DNA of 63,662 bases from a virus (Duplodnaviria; Caudoviricetes): positions 1-63,662 of the IMG/VR virus record IMGVR_UViG_3300032799_000186. The stretch is one strand, 5' to 3'. Positions 17,664 to 27,332 of this stretch are shown one piece after another. Made by a program: the position numbers and the translations under genes. The notes beneath the pieces are model-generated. The model worked only from the letters and a program-made list of their open reading frames with translations, was not told where the DNA came from and ran no database searches. Numbering within the stretch: the stretch's first letter is position 1; each line of letters starts with the position of its first letter.

Positions 17664-18233
17664 GTGGCACGCCAGCGCATTCGCCTGCGAGAGGTTCGGC
17701 GCAGCGACCAGTTTGAAGATCAACTCAATCCCGCTCAAATTCGGCAAGCTGAATTTCTTTCGGATGATGAACAAGATTTTTTGAAGTACCTGTTATCCCA
17801 GGTCCGCCAGATCCTGGGGACAGCCAAGTGGTATGACGCTGTACCCCCCACTTTGAGGGGCGTTGGTATTCTCCAGTGTGTTTGCACGGCTGTTGAGACC
17901 GTGGGGAGCTTGGTCTATATTTCTGGAAATATGACCGGCGGCCTCTATACAGTTCGAAAGACTGATCCCACGGACATAGCAAAAATGCCGGTCATGGGCC
18001 TGGTGGTGGCCAAAACTGACCTTTTGCATGCGAATGTTCAATACCATGGTCCTATTTCTGGAATCTGGTCTTTTGATCTGGTGCCAGGGAAACCTTACTT
18101 TGTCGGAACCGATGGGGAGGTGTCCTTGCATCCCCCCACCGGAAACGTGTATGTTCAAAAGGTAGGAGTTGCGATTGACCGGTCGGCAATGTTGGTGACC
18201 CCAGACCCGACCTTTATCCAACGGGTTACCTAA
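17664..18233 (+). CDS. Putative capsid decoration/cement-like protein
   Basis: GGAGG SD, GTG start. C-terminal GLVV..VQYHG..PGKPYFV..G..VQKVGVA pattern is shared with 18761..20422. Confidence 0.55.
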   Translation: MARQRIRLREVRRSDQFEDQLNPAQIRQAEFLSDDEQDFLKYLLSQVRQILGTAKWYDAVPPTLRGVGILQCVCTAVETVGSLVYISGNMTGGLYTVRKTDPTDIAKMPVMGLVVAKTDLLHANVQYHGPISGIWSFDLVPGKPYFVGTDGEVSLHPPTGNVYVQKVGVAIDRSAMLVTPDPTFIQRVT

Positions 18234-18248
18234 CGAGGAGAGCGAACC

Positions 18249-18740
18249 ATGGCGATGAAAAAGAAGAAGATTCTAGCAACACCAGAAATACCTACCCCTC
18301 CGTTGGGGTTCCCTCCACCCCACCCAGAGGGGTTGCCAACCGCGTTGCCAGTGCCGGCGGTAGATGCAAACCCACCCGAAGGGGTGCCCCATGCTTCTGG
18401 TGGCATCTCGGATCCGCTGATGGCTCTTCGCCTGGCCTTCCTGCAAGAGAAGGTTACGCGGCTCCAGGCTCAGCTTTCCGGCTATCAGCTTTTGTTTGAG
18501 CAGCGCCGCAAGGAGCTGGAGGAAATTCGTTTTGCCACATTGACCAAGGCTCAGCGGGATCTGAGCACGGTGGGCGCAGAGTACAAAGCAACGGTAGACG
18601 AAATCGAAAAGAAGCATGGAATCGTGATGGATCATTACACGTTCGACCCCGACACGGGGATGCTGAACTTGATTGCGGATTCGAAACCCGCTTCGGCGGA
18701 TACCGGAGAGGAAACAACGCCCAAGGAAGCGGTCCACTAG
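18249..18740 (+). CDS. Hypothetical coiled-coil protein
   Basis: GAGGAG SD. Proline-rich N-terminus and heptad-like middle. Confidence 0.65.
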   Translation: MAMKKKKILATPEIPTPPLGFPPPHPEGLPTALPVPAVDANPPEGVPHASGGISDPLMALRLAFLQEKVTRLQAQLSGYQLLFEQRRKELEEIRFATLTKAQRDLSTVGAEYKATVDEIEKKHGIVMDHYTFDPDTGMLNLIADSKPASADTGEETTPKEAVH

Positions 18741-18760
18741 ACGGACCAAAGGAGTGAGCC

Positions 18761-20422
18761 ATGGCTGGTGAGTACAAAGTTCTCAGGATTACCACGGACG
18801 GCTACCCGGCGGAAGTGAGCCCGTCGGGCGGCACCGCCATCGAAACCCCGGGCATTCTGCTCGGGGGCGATATCGACGCGGGGAGCGCGCATGTTGTCAA
18901 GAACCTCGCAGCGGCCGATGCCGACGGCGAGGCTCTGAGCTTCGGCCAGAGCGGCGGCAACCTGTCAGGTTTGAGCATCGACACCAGCCCGCTGAACATG
19001 AACGGGCAGGCGATCAACGACGTGGGCGCTCCGTCCGGGGCTGGTGACGCGACGAACAAGGCGTACGTGGACGCGATTGTGGTCGCAGGCGGGCCGGTCA
19101 AGGAGCCGCTGTTCGACGTGACCCAGATGAGCGACACCGAAGGCGTCCTGGCTGGCGAGGCGATCCATTTCGTTGCCCAGCCTGCGCTCAGCGATCATGT
19201 GAAGATCACCGACGGCACGAACAGTGAGGACTACGTGTTCGTGGCCAACGTCGGGGCCGAGGCGGGGCCACTCGATGTGTCCCGCGAGTCCAGCGCCGCG
19301 ACCGCGCTGAACCGGTTGTGCATCCGCATCAACGCGGGCAGCGCGTACTGGAAGGGTGCGTACCTGACCAGCCACGCGGACATCAACGCTTCTGTGGCGC
19401 TGATCTATGATAAGACCACCGACGCCAGCCCGAGCACGAGCCGTATCTTTGCGCCCACGGCGGGCAACGCCAACTTGAAGGTGGTCGAGTTCACCTCGGG
19501 GACCACCACCCTGGTGTTCCGCCCGTACACCTACAAGACGGCGGCTACCTCCTCGGCCACCGATCCTGGTTACAGGCGATTCGGCTTGAACCGCGACACG
19601 GCCAGCCTCACCGATGGTGAAATGCACCTGGATCTTTCCACGGACAATCTGTACTCCTGGAACGGCGACGCGAGTACCTGGTTCCAGATGTCCGGTCCGG
19701 GTAGCATCCCACTGGCCACCGCCGCTTCCGGTGGTGGTGTCGTCGGCCGGGTCGGGTTCGACAAGGACTTCGGCCTCGACGTGACCGTGGGCGGGCAGGC
19801 CAAGGTCGCCATCACGGCGAGCATGGGCTTGGTGTTCCATCCGGGGGCCGACGCCGACAAGGGCAAGCTGGAGATCCTGCTCGCCGGGACGCGCCGGTTG
19901 ATCCAGGGAGTCGCGGGTCTGGACGTGGAGGGGTTGCCCCTCCAGTTCTGGGTCAATGGCGTTCAGGTCAGTGCAAACGTCACAGCGGCTAATTTGACTG
20001 AGTTGACTGGCGCAGGTCCGACCGCCCTGCACAGCCACGCGGGTTCCACGTCGGCGCAGAACGTGTCGAACAGCTTCACGACCACGGGTGCCTGCAACAA
20101 GGGCGACCCAATGTACTGGTCGGGCACCAACGACAAGATCAGCGTGTGCAACGCCGCGACCGACGGCCAGCAGTGGGCCATCGGCGTGGCGATGGCGACT
20201 CTTGGTGCCGCAGGCGCGGTGACCGTGGTGTCCAATGGCCATGTCGCAGCGGCGGTTTTGCCGGGTGCTGTCACGGCTGGGATGCGTATCTTCTTGGCCA
20301 CGCCCAACGGCTTGACCAAGACTGCCCCCGTGGGCAGCGGGAACCACGTCGTGCAGATGGGGTTTGCCGAGAACACTGCGGATCTGTTCGTTCAGATCCA
20401 GTACATGGGCAAGAAGGCGTAG
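18761..20422 (+). CDS. Putative head fibre/decoration protein
   Basis: AGGAG SD. DATNKAYVD fibre-type motif. G/A/T-rich, with a C-terminal decoration-like domain. Confidence 0.6.
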   Translation: MAGEYKVLRITTDGYPAEVSPSGGTAIETPGILLGGDIDAGSAHVVKNLAAADADGEALSFGQSGGNLSGLSIDTSPLNMNGQAINDVGAPSGAGDATNKAYVDAIVVAGGPVKEPLFDVTQMSDTEGVLAGEAIHFVAQPALSDHVKITDGTNSEDYVFVANVGAEAGPLDVSRESSAATALNRLCIRINAGSAYWKGAYLTSHADINASVALIYDKTTDASPSTSRIFAPTAGNANLKVVEFTSGTTTLVFRPYTYKTAATSSATDPGYRRFGLNRDTASLTDGEMHLDLSTDNLYSWNGDASTWFQMSGPGSIPLATAASGGGVVGRVGFDKDFGLDVTVGGQAKVAITASMGLVFHPGADADKGKLEILLAGTRRLIQGVAGLDVEGLPLQFWVNGVQVSANVTAANLTELTGAGPTALHSHAGSTSAQNVSNSFTTTGACNKGDPMYWSGTNDKISVCNAATDGQQWAIGVAMATLGAAGAVTVVSNGHVAAAVLPGAVTAGMRIFLATPNGLTKTAPVGSGNHVVQMGFAENTADLFVQIQYMGKKA

Positions 20423-20457
20423 TAGTTCGACGCCTTTCGGTACAGATGGAATGAACC

Positions 20458-20490
20458 GGGCGTGGCGGAGTAATTCTCCGCCACGCCCTT
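20458..20490 (+). terminator. Perfect 13-bp hairpin
   Basis: GGGCGTGGCGGAG/TAATT/CTCCGCCACGCCC, with only a short U tail. Confidence 0.55.
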
Positions 20491-20507
20491 AGCCCTTGGA
20501 GCGCGGC

Positions 20508-21047
20508 GTGTCCCTGGACAAGATTCACCCCCTGAAAATAGAGTCCATCGCTTCCGGCGGTGATTCGGAGGATGACTACCCTACCAGTGCCGATTCCAAC
20601 AAGGACTACATCGACGTTCGCGGCGTGGTCATCCAGAACGACTTGTCTAGCGACGACACTGTTGTCGTTGGGCGCGACTCCTCGAACAACCTGACCCTCC
20701 AGGATGCGATCACGGGGGCCAAGACCCTGGCCCAACTTGCGGCTGGCACGGGCATGACTCCTGAAACCCATCGGGTGCTGGACCAGCTTGTTCATGAGCT
20801 GGCTGAGAACTTCTTCGAGGAGTACACCTACTCCTCGGGGAACGTCACCAACGCCACGACCTGGGAGACTTCGGGCAAGCTGAAGAAGATCCGCGAGGAG
20901 CAGTACACCTACTCCAGCGGCAAGGTGTCCCAAGCCGTCACCATCCAGTACGATGGAAGCGGGAACGAGGTGGAACGCTTGACTGAAACCTACACGTACT
21001 CTGGGAGCAAGATAGCCAGCGTGACGGCGGTGAGGGCCGCGCCATGA
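20508..21047 (+). CDS. Hypothetical virion protein (paralogous C-terminal domain with next gene)
   Basis: GGAG SD before GTG 20508. Repeated YTYSSG motifs and HRVLDQLVH motif. Confidence 0.65.
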   Translation: MSLDKIHPLKIESIASGGDSEDDYPTSADSNKDYIDVRGVVIQNDLSSDDTVVVGRDSSNNLTLQDAITGAKTLAQLAAGTGMTPETHRVLDQLVHELAENFFEEYTYSSGNVTNATTWETSGKLKKIREEQYTYSSGKVSQAVTIQYDGSGNEVERLTETYTYSGSKIASVTAVRAAP

Positions 21048-21568
21048 GCATAGTCCAAGTCATCATCGACGACAGCGCGAACAAGGTCATCACGGGCGTG
21101 TGGGTGTTCGATGGTGCGGGCAAGCTGGCCATACCCCACGGTACGAGCTTTCCAACTTCGCCAGAAGCCAACGAGGTTTTTTGGCGCGATGATGAATCTA
21201 CGCTGTATAAGCGGAACGCCGACAACGATGCCTGGATGGCGGTGACGGGTTCAGGAATTACCGAGGCGCAGCATAAGGCGCTGCGGCACCTGATTCATTT
21301 CATAGATAACGGCCCTGCTGAGAGCTTTGCTTCTGGCGCGTACCGCGAGATGACCGGGACGGTGTTTCCTACGGCGGTCATCTGGTACGACAAGGCTGGG
21401 GTTGGGAAGAAGAAGATCGTTGAGAAGCTAATTACCTGGACCGGGGTGAACCCGACAACTATCACTTGGAAAATATACGATGCCAGCGAGACCTTGTTGG
21501 CGACGGTCACAGACACGATTTCGTTTACCGGCGTGTTCGAGACTTCTCGGACCCGCACCATTGCGTGA
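21044..21568 (+). CDS. Hypothetical virion protein
   Basis: ATGA overlap. HKALRHLIH motif similar to the upstream gene. Confidence 0.65.
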   Translation: MSIVQVIIDDSANKVITGVWVFDGAGKLAIPHGTSFPTSPEANEVFWRDDESTLYKRNADNDAWMAVTGSGITEAQHKALRHLIHFIDNGPAESFASGAYREMTGTVFPTAVIWYDKAGVGKKKIVEKLITWTGVNPTTITWKIYDASETLLATVTDTISFTGVFETSRTRTIA

Positions 21569-21578
21569 GAGGTAGACC

Positions 21579-23798
21579 ATGGGCGACTCCCCTGCTGCGA
21601 TTTTACACAACACCAGTGGCACTGAGATTGCCACGGCGGCGAATCCAGCGCGGGTGGACCCGACTGGGACTACCACGCAACCTGTTTCTAATGCGGCTCT
21701 GACAAGCATCGACGGCAAGCTGGGCTCGCTTGGGCAGAAGGCTATGGCCGGATCTGCCCCGGTGGTCCTCGCTTCGGACCAGAGTGCGATTCCAGTAACG
21801 GGCTCGTTCGCGGCCAGCGTGATTCCCAACCCAGACGACACCACCGGGAACATTTCTGCTCTGAACGGAACAGTTTCGGCAGCGGTCGAGGGGTGGCAAT
21901 CGTGTGGGATCGTGCTGACCGGGACGTGGGTGGCGACCGTTGTGCCCGAAGTTTCGTACGACGGTGGCACTACCTGGATTTCGGTTGGGTTTGTTGTACC
22001 CGCGTCGGTGGCGAATGCACTTCCGGTTATCACCGGGTACGTTTCCGCGAATGGCTCGTACCAGATCATGGGTATGGGGCCGATGACCCATGTTCGGGTC
22101 CGGGCGCTGGCGTACACTTCGGGCACCGTGGCCGTTCGGCTGGTCTTTAGCGCCACCGCACCGGCGATGGGCTACTCGCTGACCCAGATGCTCCAGAACG
22201 TCATGGCCAGCGTGCTAAACAGTTCGACGGCGAACCTTGCGGCTTGGGCGTCTTTCACAGGCAATGCCGAGAGCACTTTGGGGATAGCTGGGATCCAGAT
22301 CAATATCAAAGCCAGCCAACCCGTAAACGTGCAGGTTCAGCAAAGTCAGGAAGGCACCAATTGGGACACAGTTGATGAACAGACTTTTCCGACTGGGGAA
22401 GGCGACGCCCGCACTTTCCAGGCCGTGGGCAGTTACTTTCGGGCGGTCGTGACAAATATCGGCAACGCCACCACGACCTACTTCCGGCTCCAGACGGCGC
22501 TGTGCCCGGTGGTCGAAGCTGTTCCCCGTGCGCTGACCCCCGCAGGCCGGTTGCGCTTGGCGTCGATGACCTCAAGTTGGTCCCCCGACCCAAATGACTT
22601 CCAGGACCGTTCACAGCATCGCGCCCTGCTCATGGACAGGGACCGGAACCTTCGGACTCGTGGTGGGGTGTTTACCGATGCCGCGTCTTTCCGGGATGAC
22701 TTCACGGTCGGGGAGAATTATTCGGATTTGACCGGGACGGTCTACTTCACCAATGGCAGCAAGATTGTAACGGGCGTGGGCACGGCGTTCGGCGCGGAAT
22801 TGAACAAGTGGCAGTACCTGAAACTCTCATCCCACGCGGACTCCGTGTACAACCATGTCATTGATATTGTCAACGACACCCAATTGGAATTGGAGGAACC
22901 TTACGCGGGGGCCACGGGGAGTGGTACTGGGCGGGCGTCGTTCTGGAGGTACGCTATTGGCACGGGCGGGTCGATTACCCAGACCAACTCCGAGATTGCG
23001 CTGGCGAGCGGGACCACCAGCGGAACCCTCGTCCAGGCCAAACGCACGGGGGATTACCTACCCTATGTTGGCGGGGCCAGGATCAAAGTTTCACAGCGGA
23101 TTGCGAACCAGGAAATGCACGTTGGTCTTGCTGACGGAGACATCGGGAGCGTCAACACGCAAGCTCTGATTGTGTTTACGGGGACCGACAACACCAAAGC
23201 GAAGCTCCGGACATCGTTCTCGGCGTCAGACGTCGAGGAGACAGAATTCACTCTTCCCAATGCGATTGTTTCCTCGACTTACGCCTACTACCAGATCGAG
23301 ATCGGCGCGGGAAAAGTCACCCTTTGGGTCAACGACGTAAAAATGGCGGAGCACCGGCTTCACATTCCTGGACCGTACACGCCGATGGACTGTCACGTTT
23401 GCATCAAGAACACGGCGGTCCCAGCCTCGACCACCACGTTGACCCTGGACACGTTCTACCTGACCAACTTCGACCAGGTGCAGGTGAGCGGTGCTCTCAA
23501 GGGCGATCCGCTTCCCACAAAAGAGATGCGGGCGTCGAAGGCCACCTGCGCGAACGTCGCGGCGGCGGTGGCAGACACTCTGGTGCTGGCGGCGAACGCC
23601 GACCGGCTTGGGGCCAGCGTAATGAACGACAGCAACGCGGTCCTGTACCTGAAGATGGGGACCGGCGCGAGCACGACGTCCTACTCGGTGCGAATGGTCC
23701 CCAACGCCTACTACGAAACGCCGTTTGGGTACACCGGGCAGTTGAACGGCTACTGGGCCAACGCCAACGGGGCCGCCCGTGTGACCGAGGTACAATAA
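21579..23798 (+). CDS. Large beta-rich virion appendage/fibre-like protein
   Basis: GAGG SD. 739 aa, T/G/A/V-rich, with GTVYFTNGSKIVTGVGTAF fibre-like motif and a lectin-like region. Confidence 0.6.
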   Translation: MGDSPAAILHNTSGTEIATAANPARVDPTGTTTQPVSNAALTSIDGKLGSLGQKAMAGSAPVVLASDQSAIPVTGSFAASVIPNPDDTTGNISALNGTVSAAVEGWQSCGIVLTGTWVATVVPEVSYDGGTTWISVGFVVPASVANALPVITGYVSANGSYQIMGMGPMTHVRVRALAYTSGTVAVRLVFSATAPAMGYSLTQMLQNVMASVLNSSTANLAAWASFTGNAESTLGIAGIQINIKASQPVNVQVQQSQEGTNWDTVDEQTFPTGEGDARTFQAVGSYFRAVVTNIGNATTTYFRLQTALCPVVEAVPRALTPAGRLRLASMTSSWSPDPNDFQDRSQHRALLMDRDRNLRTRGGVFTDAASFRDDFTVGENYSDLTGTVYFTNGSKIVTGVGTAFGAELNKWQYLKLSSHADSVYNHVIDIVNDTQLELEEPYAGATGSGTGRASFWRYAIGTGGSITQTNSEIALASGTTSGTLVQAKRTGDYLPYVGGARIKVSQRIANQEMHVGLADGDIGSVNTQALIVFTGTDNTKAKLRTSFSASDVEETEFTLPNAIVSSTYAYYQIEIGAGKVTLWVNDVKMAEHRLHIPGPYTPMDCHVCIKNTAVPASTTTLTLDTFYLTNFDQVQVSGALKGDPLPTKEMRASKATCANVAAAVADTLVLAANADRLGASVMNDSNAVLYLKMGTGASTTSYSVRMVPNAYYETPFGYTGQLNGYWANANGAARVTEVQ

Positions 23799-24211
23799 TG
23801 CCGCTGTATCCGCCAGGCAGCGATTCGGGTGGCCCGGTCTTCGGCAGCGACTTCACGCACCAGGCCGACGAATCCGAAACCAGCACGACCAGCGCGTCCT
23901 ATCAAGACAAGGTCACGCTGACTACCCCGGCTTGGACGGGGACCTACCGACTTGGGATGAACGGGATCCTACGGATGGGTGCGTCAAATAAGTTGGGCTG
24001 GATTCGGGTGTACAACGTGACGGACGCGGTGGTGGAATGGGAAGCCAACATTCGACCCCCGCTGAATACCGTGCAGAGTGCTTTTTCAGGATTCCACTAC
24101 GTCACACTGGCGGGTGTGGCCAAGGTCTACAAGATGCAGTACCGGTCTGACTCAGCCGGGGACACGACATACCTGAAGGACGCGCACCTGGAACTTTGGA
24201 GGGTGATCTGA
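23798..24211 (+). CDS. Hypothetical virion protein
   Basis: TAATG overlap with GAGG SD. The true start is MPLYPP inside the longer listed ORF. Confidence 0.6.
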   Translation: MPLYPPGSDSGGPVFGSDFTHQADESETSTTSASYQDKVTLTTPAWTGTYRLGMNGILRMGASNKLGWIRVYNVTDAVVEWEANIRPPLNTVQSAFSGFHYVTLAGVAKVYKMQYRSDSAGDTTYLKDAHLELWRVI

Positions 24212-25158
24212 TGCCAGCGCAGAAGTACACGTACTCGATAAGCATGGCTTTCCCAAACGCCAAAGTTGCGCCGGATCGCCTGACCCAGGAAGTGCGGGGG
24301 AGCAGCATCGTCACGGCGCTCGACTACATCAACACGGCTGGCGACGACTGCGACATCTGGTTCAAGGCGGCGCTTGCGTCCGGGGAGGAAGCTACCCTTG
24401 ATGCCCTTGTGGCGGCGCACAGCGGTGAGCCCCTGGCCGATCTGGTAGAGCCACGCGCGGCCGACGGCAAGCTCTACGTGAGCCCGGACATGTGGCCATT
24501 AGGTATCTTGACCAATTTCACAGGCGCAGCCGACGATGTGGCCAACGGGGTGGAGGGAACGGACTTCCTGGGGATCGAATCTACAGTCCAGGAGGACAAG
24601 ACCAAGACGCTACAGTTCATCGTGCCGAGCTACCTGGCTGGCGGGCACATCCAGTACAAGGGTGCGGTGCTTGGGGATCACATTTCGTTCCAGACTGTTG
24701 TTCCTGGGACAGTCGGCACGGACGTTGGCGCTGGTCAGGGGAGCTACGCTAAGTCTCCCATCGGCGGCGGGCTCAACGTGTTCGTGCCTTATCCGGGCGG
24801 CGGTTGGGATCTGAATCTGACTGAGAAGGAAAACGCCAACGTCGCGTTCACTAAAGTTCGCCCGGTGCCGTCGCCTGGGAGCGAGGGTTTCTTCGACTGG
24901 AACCCCACGACCGGAGCTGTGACCGTGAATGCCGCGCAGACAGGCGGATTCAACCTCATCGACGGCGACCTGCTGATCAATGAACTGGTCTGCAAGGTCG
25001 GGATCATCGGGGACGATCACTTTCCGCTGACCGTTCCTGCCGTGCGGCCAGTCCGTTTGCTGCCACACTGGCGGTTCGTGATGACGTTGCATAACAGCAC
25101 GGCCAAGACATTGCAAGTGGCGGCGATGCTTTACCGAGGAAAAGGGAACATCTTATGA
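24211..25158 (+). CDS. Hypothetical virion protein
   Basis: TGATG overlap and GGAGG SD. Confidence 0.65.
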   Translation: MPAQKYTYSISMAFPNAKVAPDRLTQEVRGSSIVTALDYINTAGDDCDIWFKAALASGEEATLDALVAAHSGEPLADLVEPRAADGKLYVSPDMWPLGILTNFTGAADDVANGVEGTDFLGIESTVQEDKTKTLQFIVPSYLAGGHIQYKGAVLGDHISFQTVVPGTVGTDVGAGQGSYAKSPIGGGLNVFVPYPGGGWDLNLTEKENANVAFTKVRPVPSPGSEGFFDWNPTTGAVTVNAAQTGGFNLIDGDLLINELVCKVGIIGDDHFPLTVPAVRPVRLLPHWRFVMTLHNSTAKTLQVAAMLYRGKGNIL

Positions 25159-25733
25159 AAGCCAAGCTCGCTTCGGTGACCCCTACCAAGATCCCTGCCC
25201 CTGTGCAGATCGAGGCCAGCCATGACGTGCGCTTGGTGTTTACCGCGAGCAAGACGTGGTTCGGCCGGTTGATCCGTTGGCTCACCGGGGGAAAGGTCTC
25301 GCACGTGTTCCTGGAGTACGACTCAACCCTCTGGGGCGGCCGGTGGGTGGCCGAGGCCACGGTGGGCGGGGTTCGGAAGGTGCCTGCCTACAAAGCACGG
25401 CACAACATCGTCTACGAGTACCAGGTGAAACAAGACCCGCGTGTGGCGTGCGAGTCCATCGCCAAGTTTTTCGGCAATGCTTACGACTACGCGGGCTTGT
25501 TCATCTTTGGGTGGTTTATCATCGCTTGGAAGTGGCTCAAGTTGAAGGCGCGGCGACCGCATCGAAGCACCAAGTCTCAGGTGTGCGCTGAACTAATAGC
25601 ACGATGGATGATCTCCTATGGGGTTCCAGGAACAGAGGGTTGGGACCCAGATCGCATTTCCCCTCAGAGCATCGCGGATAAGTGCTTTGCCAACCAGCCC
25701 AAGCGATTCGAGCGCATCGAAAAGGGGGCATGA
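25155..25733 (+). CDS. Permuted papain-like (YiiX/YebB-type NlpC/P60) enzyme
   Basis: SHV..EAT..YDY..CAELIA, with His before Cys as in permuted NlpC/P60. Confidence 0.75.
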   Translation: MKAKLASVTPTKIPAPVQIEASHDVRLVFTASKTWFGRLIRWLTGGKVSHVFLEYDSTLWGGRWVAEATVGGVRKVPAYKARHNIVYEYQVKQDPRVACESIAKFFGNAYDYAGLFIFGWFIIAWKWLKLKARRPHRSTKSQVCAELIARWMISYGVPGTEGWDPDRISPQSIADKCFANQPKRFERIEKGA

Positions 25734-26065
25734 TGCACTGGCAGGGATTCAGATGGGAGAACGATACCTGGTGGTGGGAGCGCGTGCGCCTCGATGAGGT
25801 GGGTTTCCCTGCTTCGTGGAACTTCGTGGTTCCTGACAAGCTCATGCACTTTTTGTCGGTGTTTTTATTGGCGTGGTTGCTCTCGCGCTGGCTTCCCCGC
25901 ACCTGGGCGGTTCTGATCGCTTGGGCCTTCATGATGGGACCATGGGAACTTTTGTGGGATGGATGTTTCCGCTACGGTGCAAGTTGGAAGGATATGGTGG
26001 CGAATACCCTGGGGGCTGTGGTTTGCTGGTGGTGGTTGAGCAACCCCACCATCGGGCAAGAATAG
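25730..26065 (+). CDS. Small membrane protein, VanZ/YfiM-like
   Basis: DKLMHF..WE..SWKDMVANTLG with hydrophobic helices. ATGA overlap. Confidence 0.6.
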   Translation: MMHWQGFRWENDTWWWERVRLDEVGFPASWNFVVPDKLMHFLSVFLLAWLLSRWLPRTWAVLIAWAFMMGPWELLWDGCFRYGASWKDMVANTLGAVVCWWWLSNPTIGQE

Positions 26066-26074
26066 AGGTGGGCA

Positions 26075-26299
26075 GTGGAAGGGTTGAAAGCCATCGTGGA
26101 AGTGCTGGCAGCGGGGGGTCCAACGGCCATGGCGGCGGTGTTTGCCCTGGCTTGGTTTTTGGAACGGCGGGAGAATCGGCGGATGCAGAAGGAGGTTCTG
26201 GACTTGGCGGTGGCTCAGGTCCAGGCCAACGTCAAGATGGAAACCACCATGTCTGGCCTGAAAGAAATAGCGGTCCAAGCCTTCAACCGGCTGAGGTGA
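26075..26299 (+). CDS. Small membrane-anchored protein (holin-like)
   Basis: GAGGT SD, GTG start. One transmembrane segment followed by a charged helical tail. Confidence 0.5.
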   Translation: MEGLKAIVEVLAAGGPTAMAAVFALAWFLERRENRRMQKEVLDLAVAQVQANVKMETTMSGLKEIAVQAFNRLR

Positions 26300-26302
26300 C
26301 CC

Positions 26303-26650
26303 ATGGTAAAAAAGGATCCGTCGAGAGACCCCACCAGCCTGGGGAGTTTACTTATGGAGAAGGGGGCGGTGAACAGCAAGCAGTTGGACGCTGCTTTGCA
26401 TTTCCAACAAAACAACACGGATCTTTTGTTGGGGGAGGCTCTGGTCCACATGGGGATCATCAGCCGGGAGGTTCTGGAAGCCACCTTGATCCAGCAAGAG
26501 CTGGCCCGGAACGGAGCATCCAGGCAGAGCAATGGCCAAGTTCGCAAGGTGGTCCGGATGGCTGCTCAGCATACCCTCGCCACAGCAGGGGCTGGGGACA
26601 CCTTGGTCCAGGTCCTGCAAAGTCTTGCTGCTAAGATGGGATCAAAGTGA
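26303..26650 (+). CDS. Stand-alone MshEN-like (T2SSE_N) domain protein
   Basis: Two tandem xLGxxLxxxGxxxxxxLxxxLxxQ motifs: SLGSLLMEKGAVNSKQLDAALHFQ and LLGEALVHMGIISREVLEATLIQQ. Confidence 0.8.
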   Translation: MVKKDPSRDPTSLGSLLMEKGAVNSKQLDAALHFQQNNTDLLLGEALVHMGIISREVLEATLIQQELARNGASRQSNGQVRKVVRMAAQHTLATAGAGDTLVQVLQSLAAKMGSK

Positions 26651-26889
26651 CCGTGGTGGTGAACAAGGATCCCACGAAGGAAGTTTTGACCCCGGATCCT
26701 GACGGAACCCGGGTTGAGTTCTACACTTCCAGAAATTACAAGCCGAGGTCTCTTTCAGTCTGGCTCAACGGCATGCGCCTTGACCCCTTTCTGGAAACAG
26801 GATACCTGGAGGGAAGTGGAAACCTCGTGACCATGAAGGAGCCCCCTGGGATTGGAGATAGCCTCCAGGCCCAGTACGATCCTCTATGA
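26647..26889 (+). CDS. Small beta-domain virion protein
   Basis: DG..F.T..Y...SLSVWLNG..VTMKEPP..GDSL motif. GTGA overlap. Confidence 0.65.
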   Translation: MTVVVNKDPTKEVLTPDPDGTRVEFYTSRNYKPRSLSVWLNGMRLDPFLETGYLEGSGNLVTMKEPPGIGDSLQAQYDPL

Positions 26890-27323
26890 TCCTCTTGAAG
26901 GAAACAGCCGGCGACACCTTGACGGGTGACATTGACGGATCGAATGTGGTGTTCACCACGAGTTTCGATTTCCAGTTTGAGAGCGTGAACGTCTACCTGA
27001 ACGGTCGGCTGAAGGTGCGGGATTGGGACGATGGTTTTTGGGTGACCGGAGTCCGGATCGTGACCATGAAGGAGCCCCCGCTACTGGGGGACACCCTGGA
27101 GGTGGAGTACCGATCCGACACACGCACAGGCGGAGGCGCTCTCGGGGGTGTGCCAGGCCCCGCGCAGGTTGAAGTGCTCCGCCCCGACGCGGAACCGGAG
27201 GGGGAGAGGACTCCAGAAACCTTGGCCGTCGAGTTGGCACCGGCAAGCACTTCCCGAGAGGACAAACCTGGGGTATCCTCCAGGGGCGAGTTGAAGCCAA
27301 TGATCGTCCGGGATGACGGATAG
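26886..27323 (+). CDS. Paralog of 26647..26889
   Basis: Same VYLNG..VTMKEPP..GDTL motif. Shares the DNA stretch TCGTGACCATGAAGGAGCCCC. Confidence 0.65.
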   Translation: MILLKETAGDTLTGDIDGSNVVFTTSFDFQFESVNVYLNGRLKVRDWDDGFWVTGVRIVTMKEPPLLGDTLEVEYRSDTRTGGGALGGVPGPAQVEVLRPDAEPEGERTPETLAVELAPASTSREDKPGVSSRGELKPMIVRDDG

Positions 27324-27332
27324 GAGACCGGC

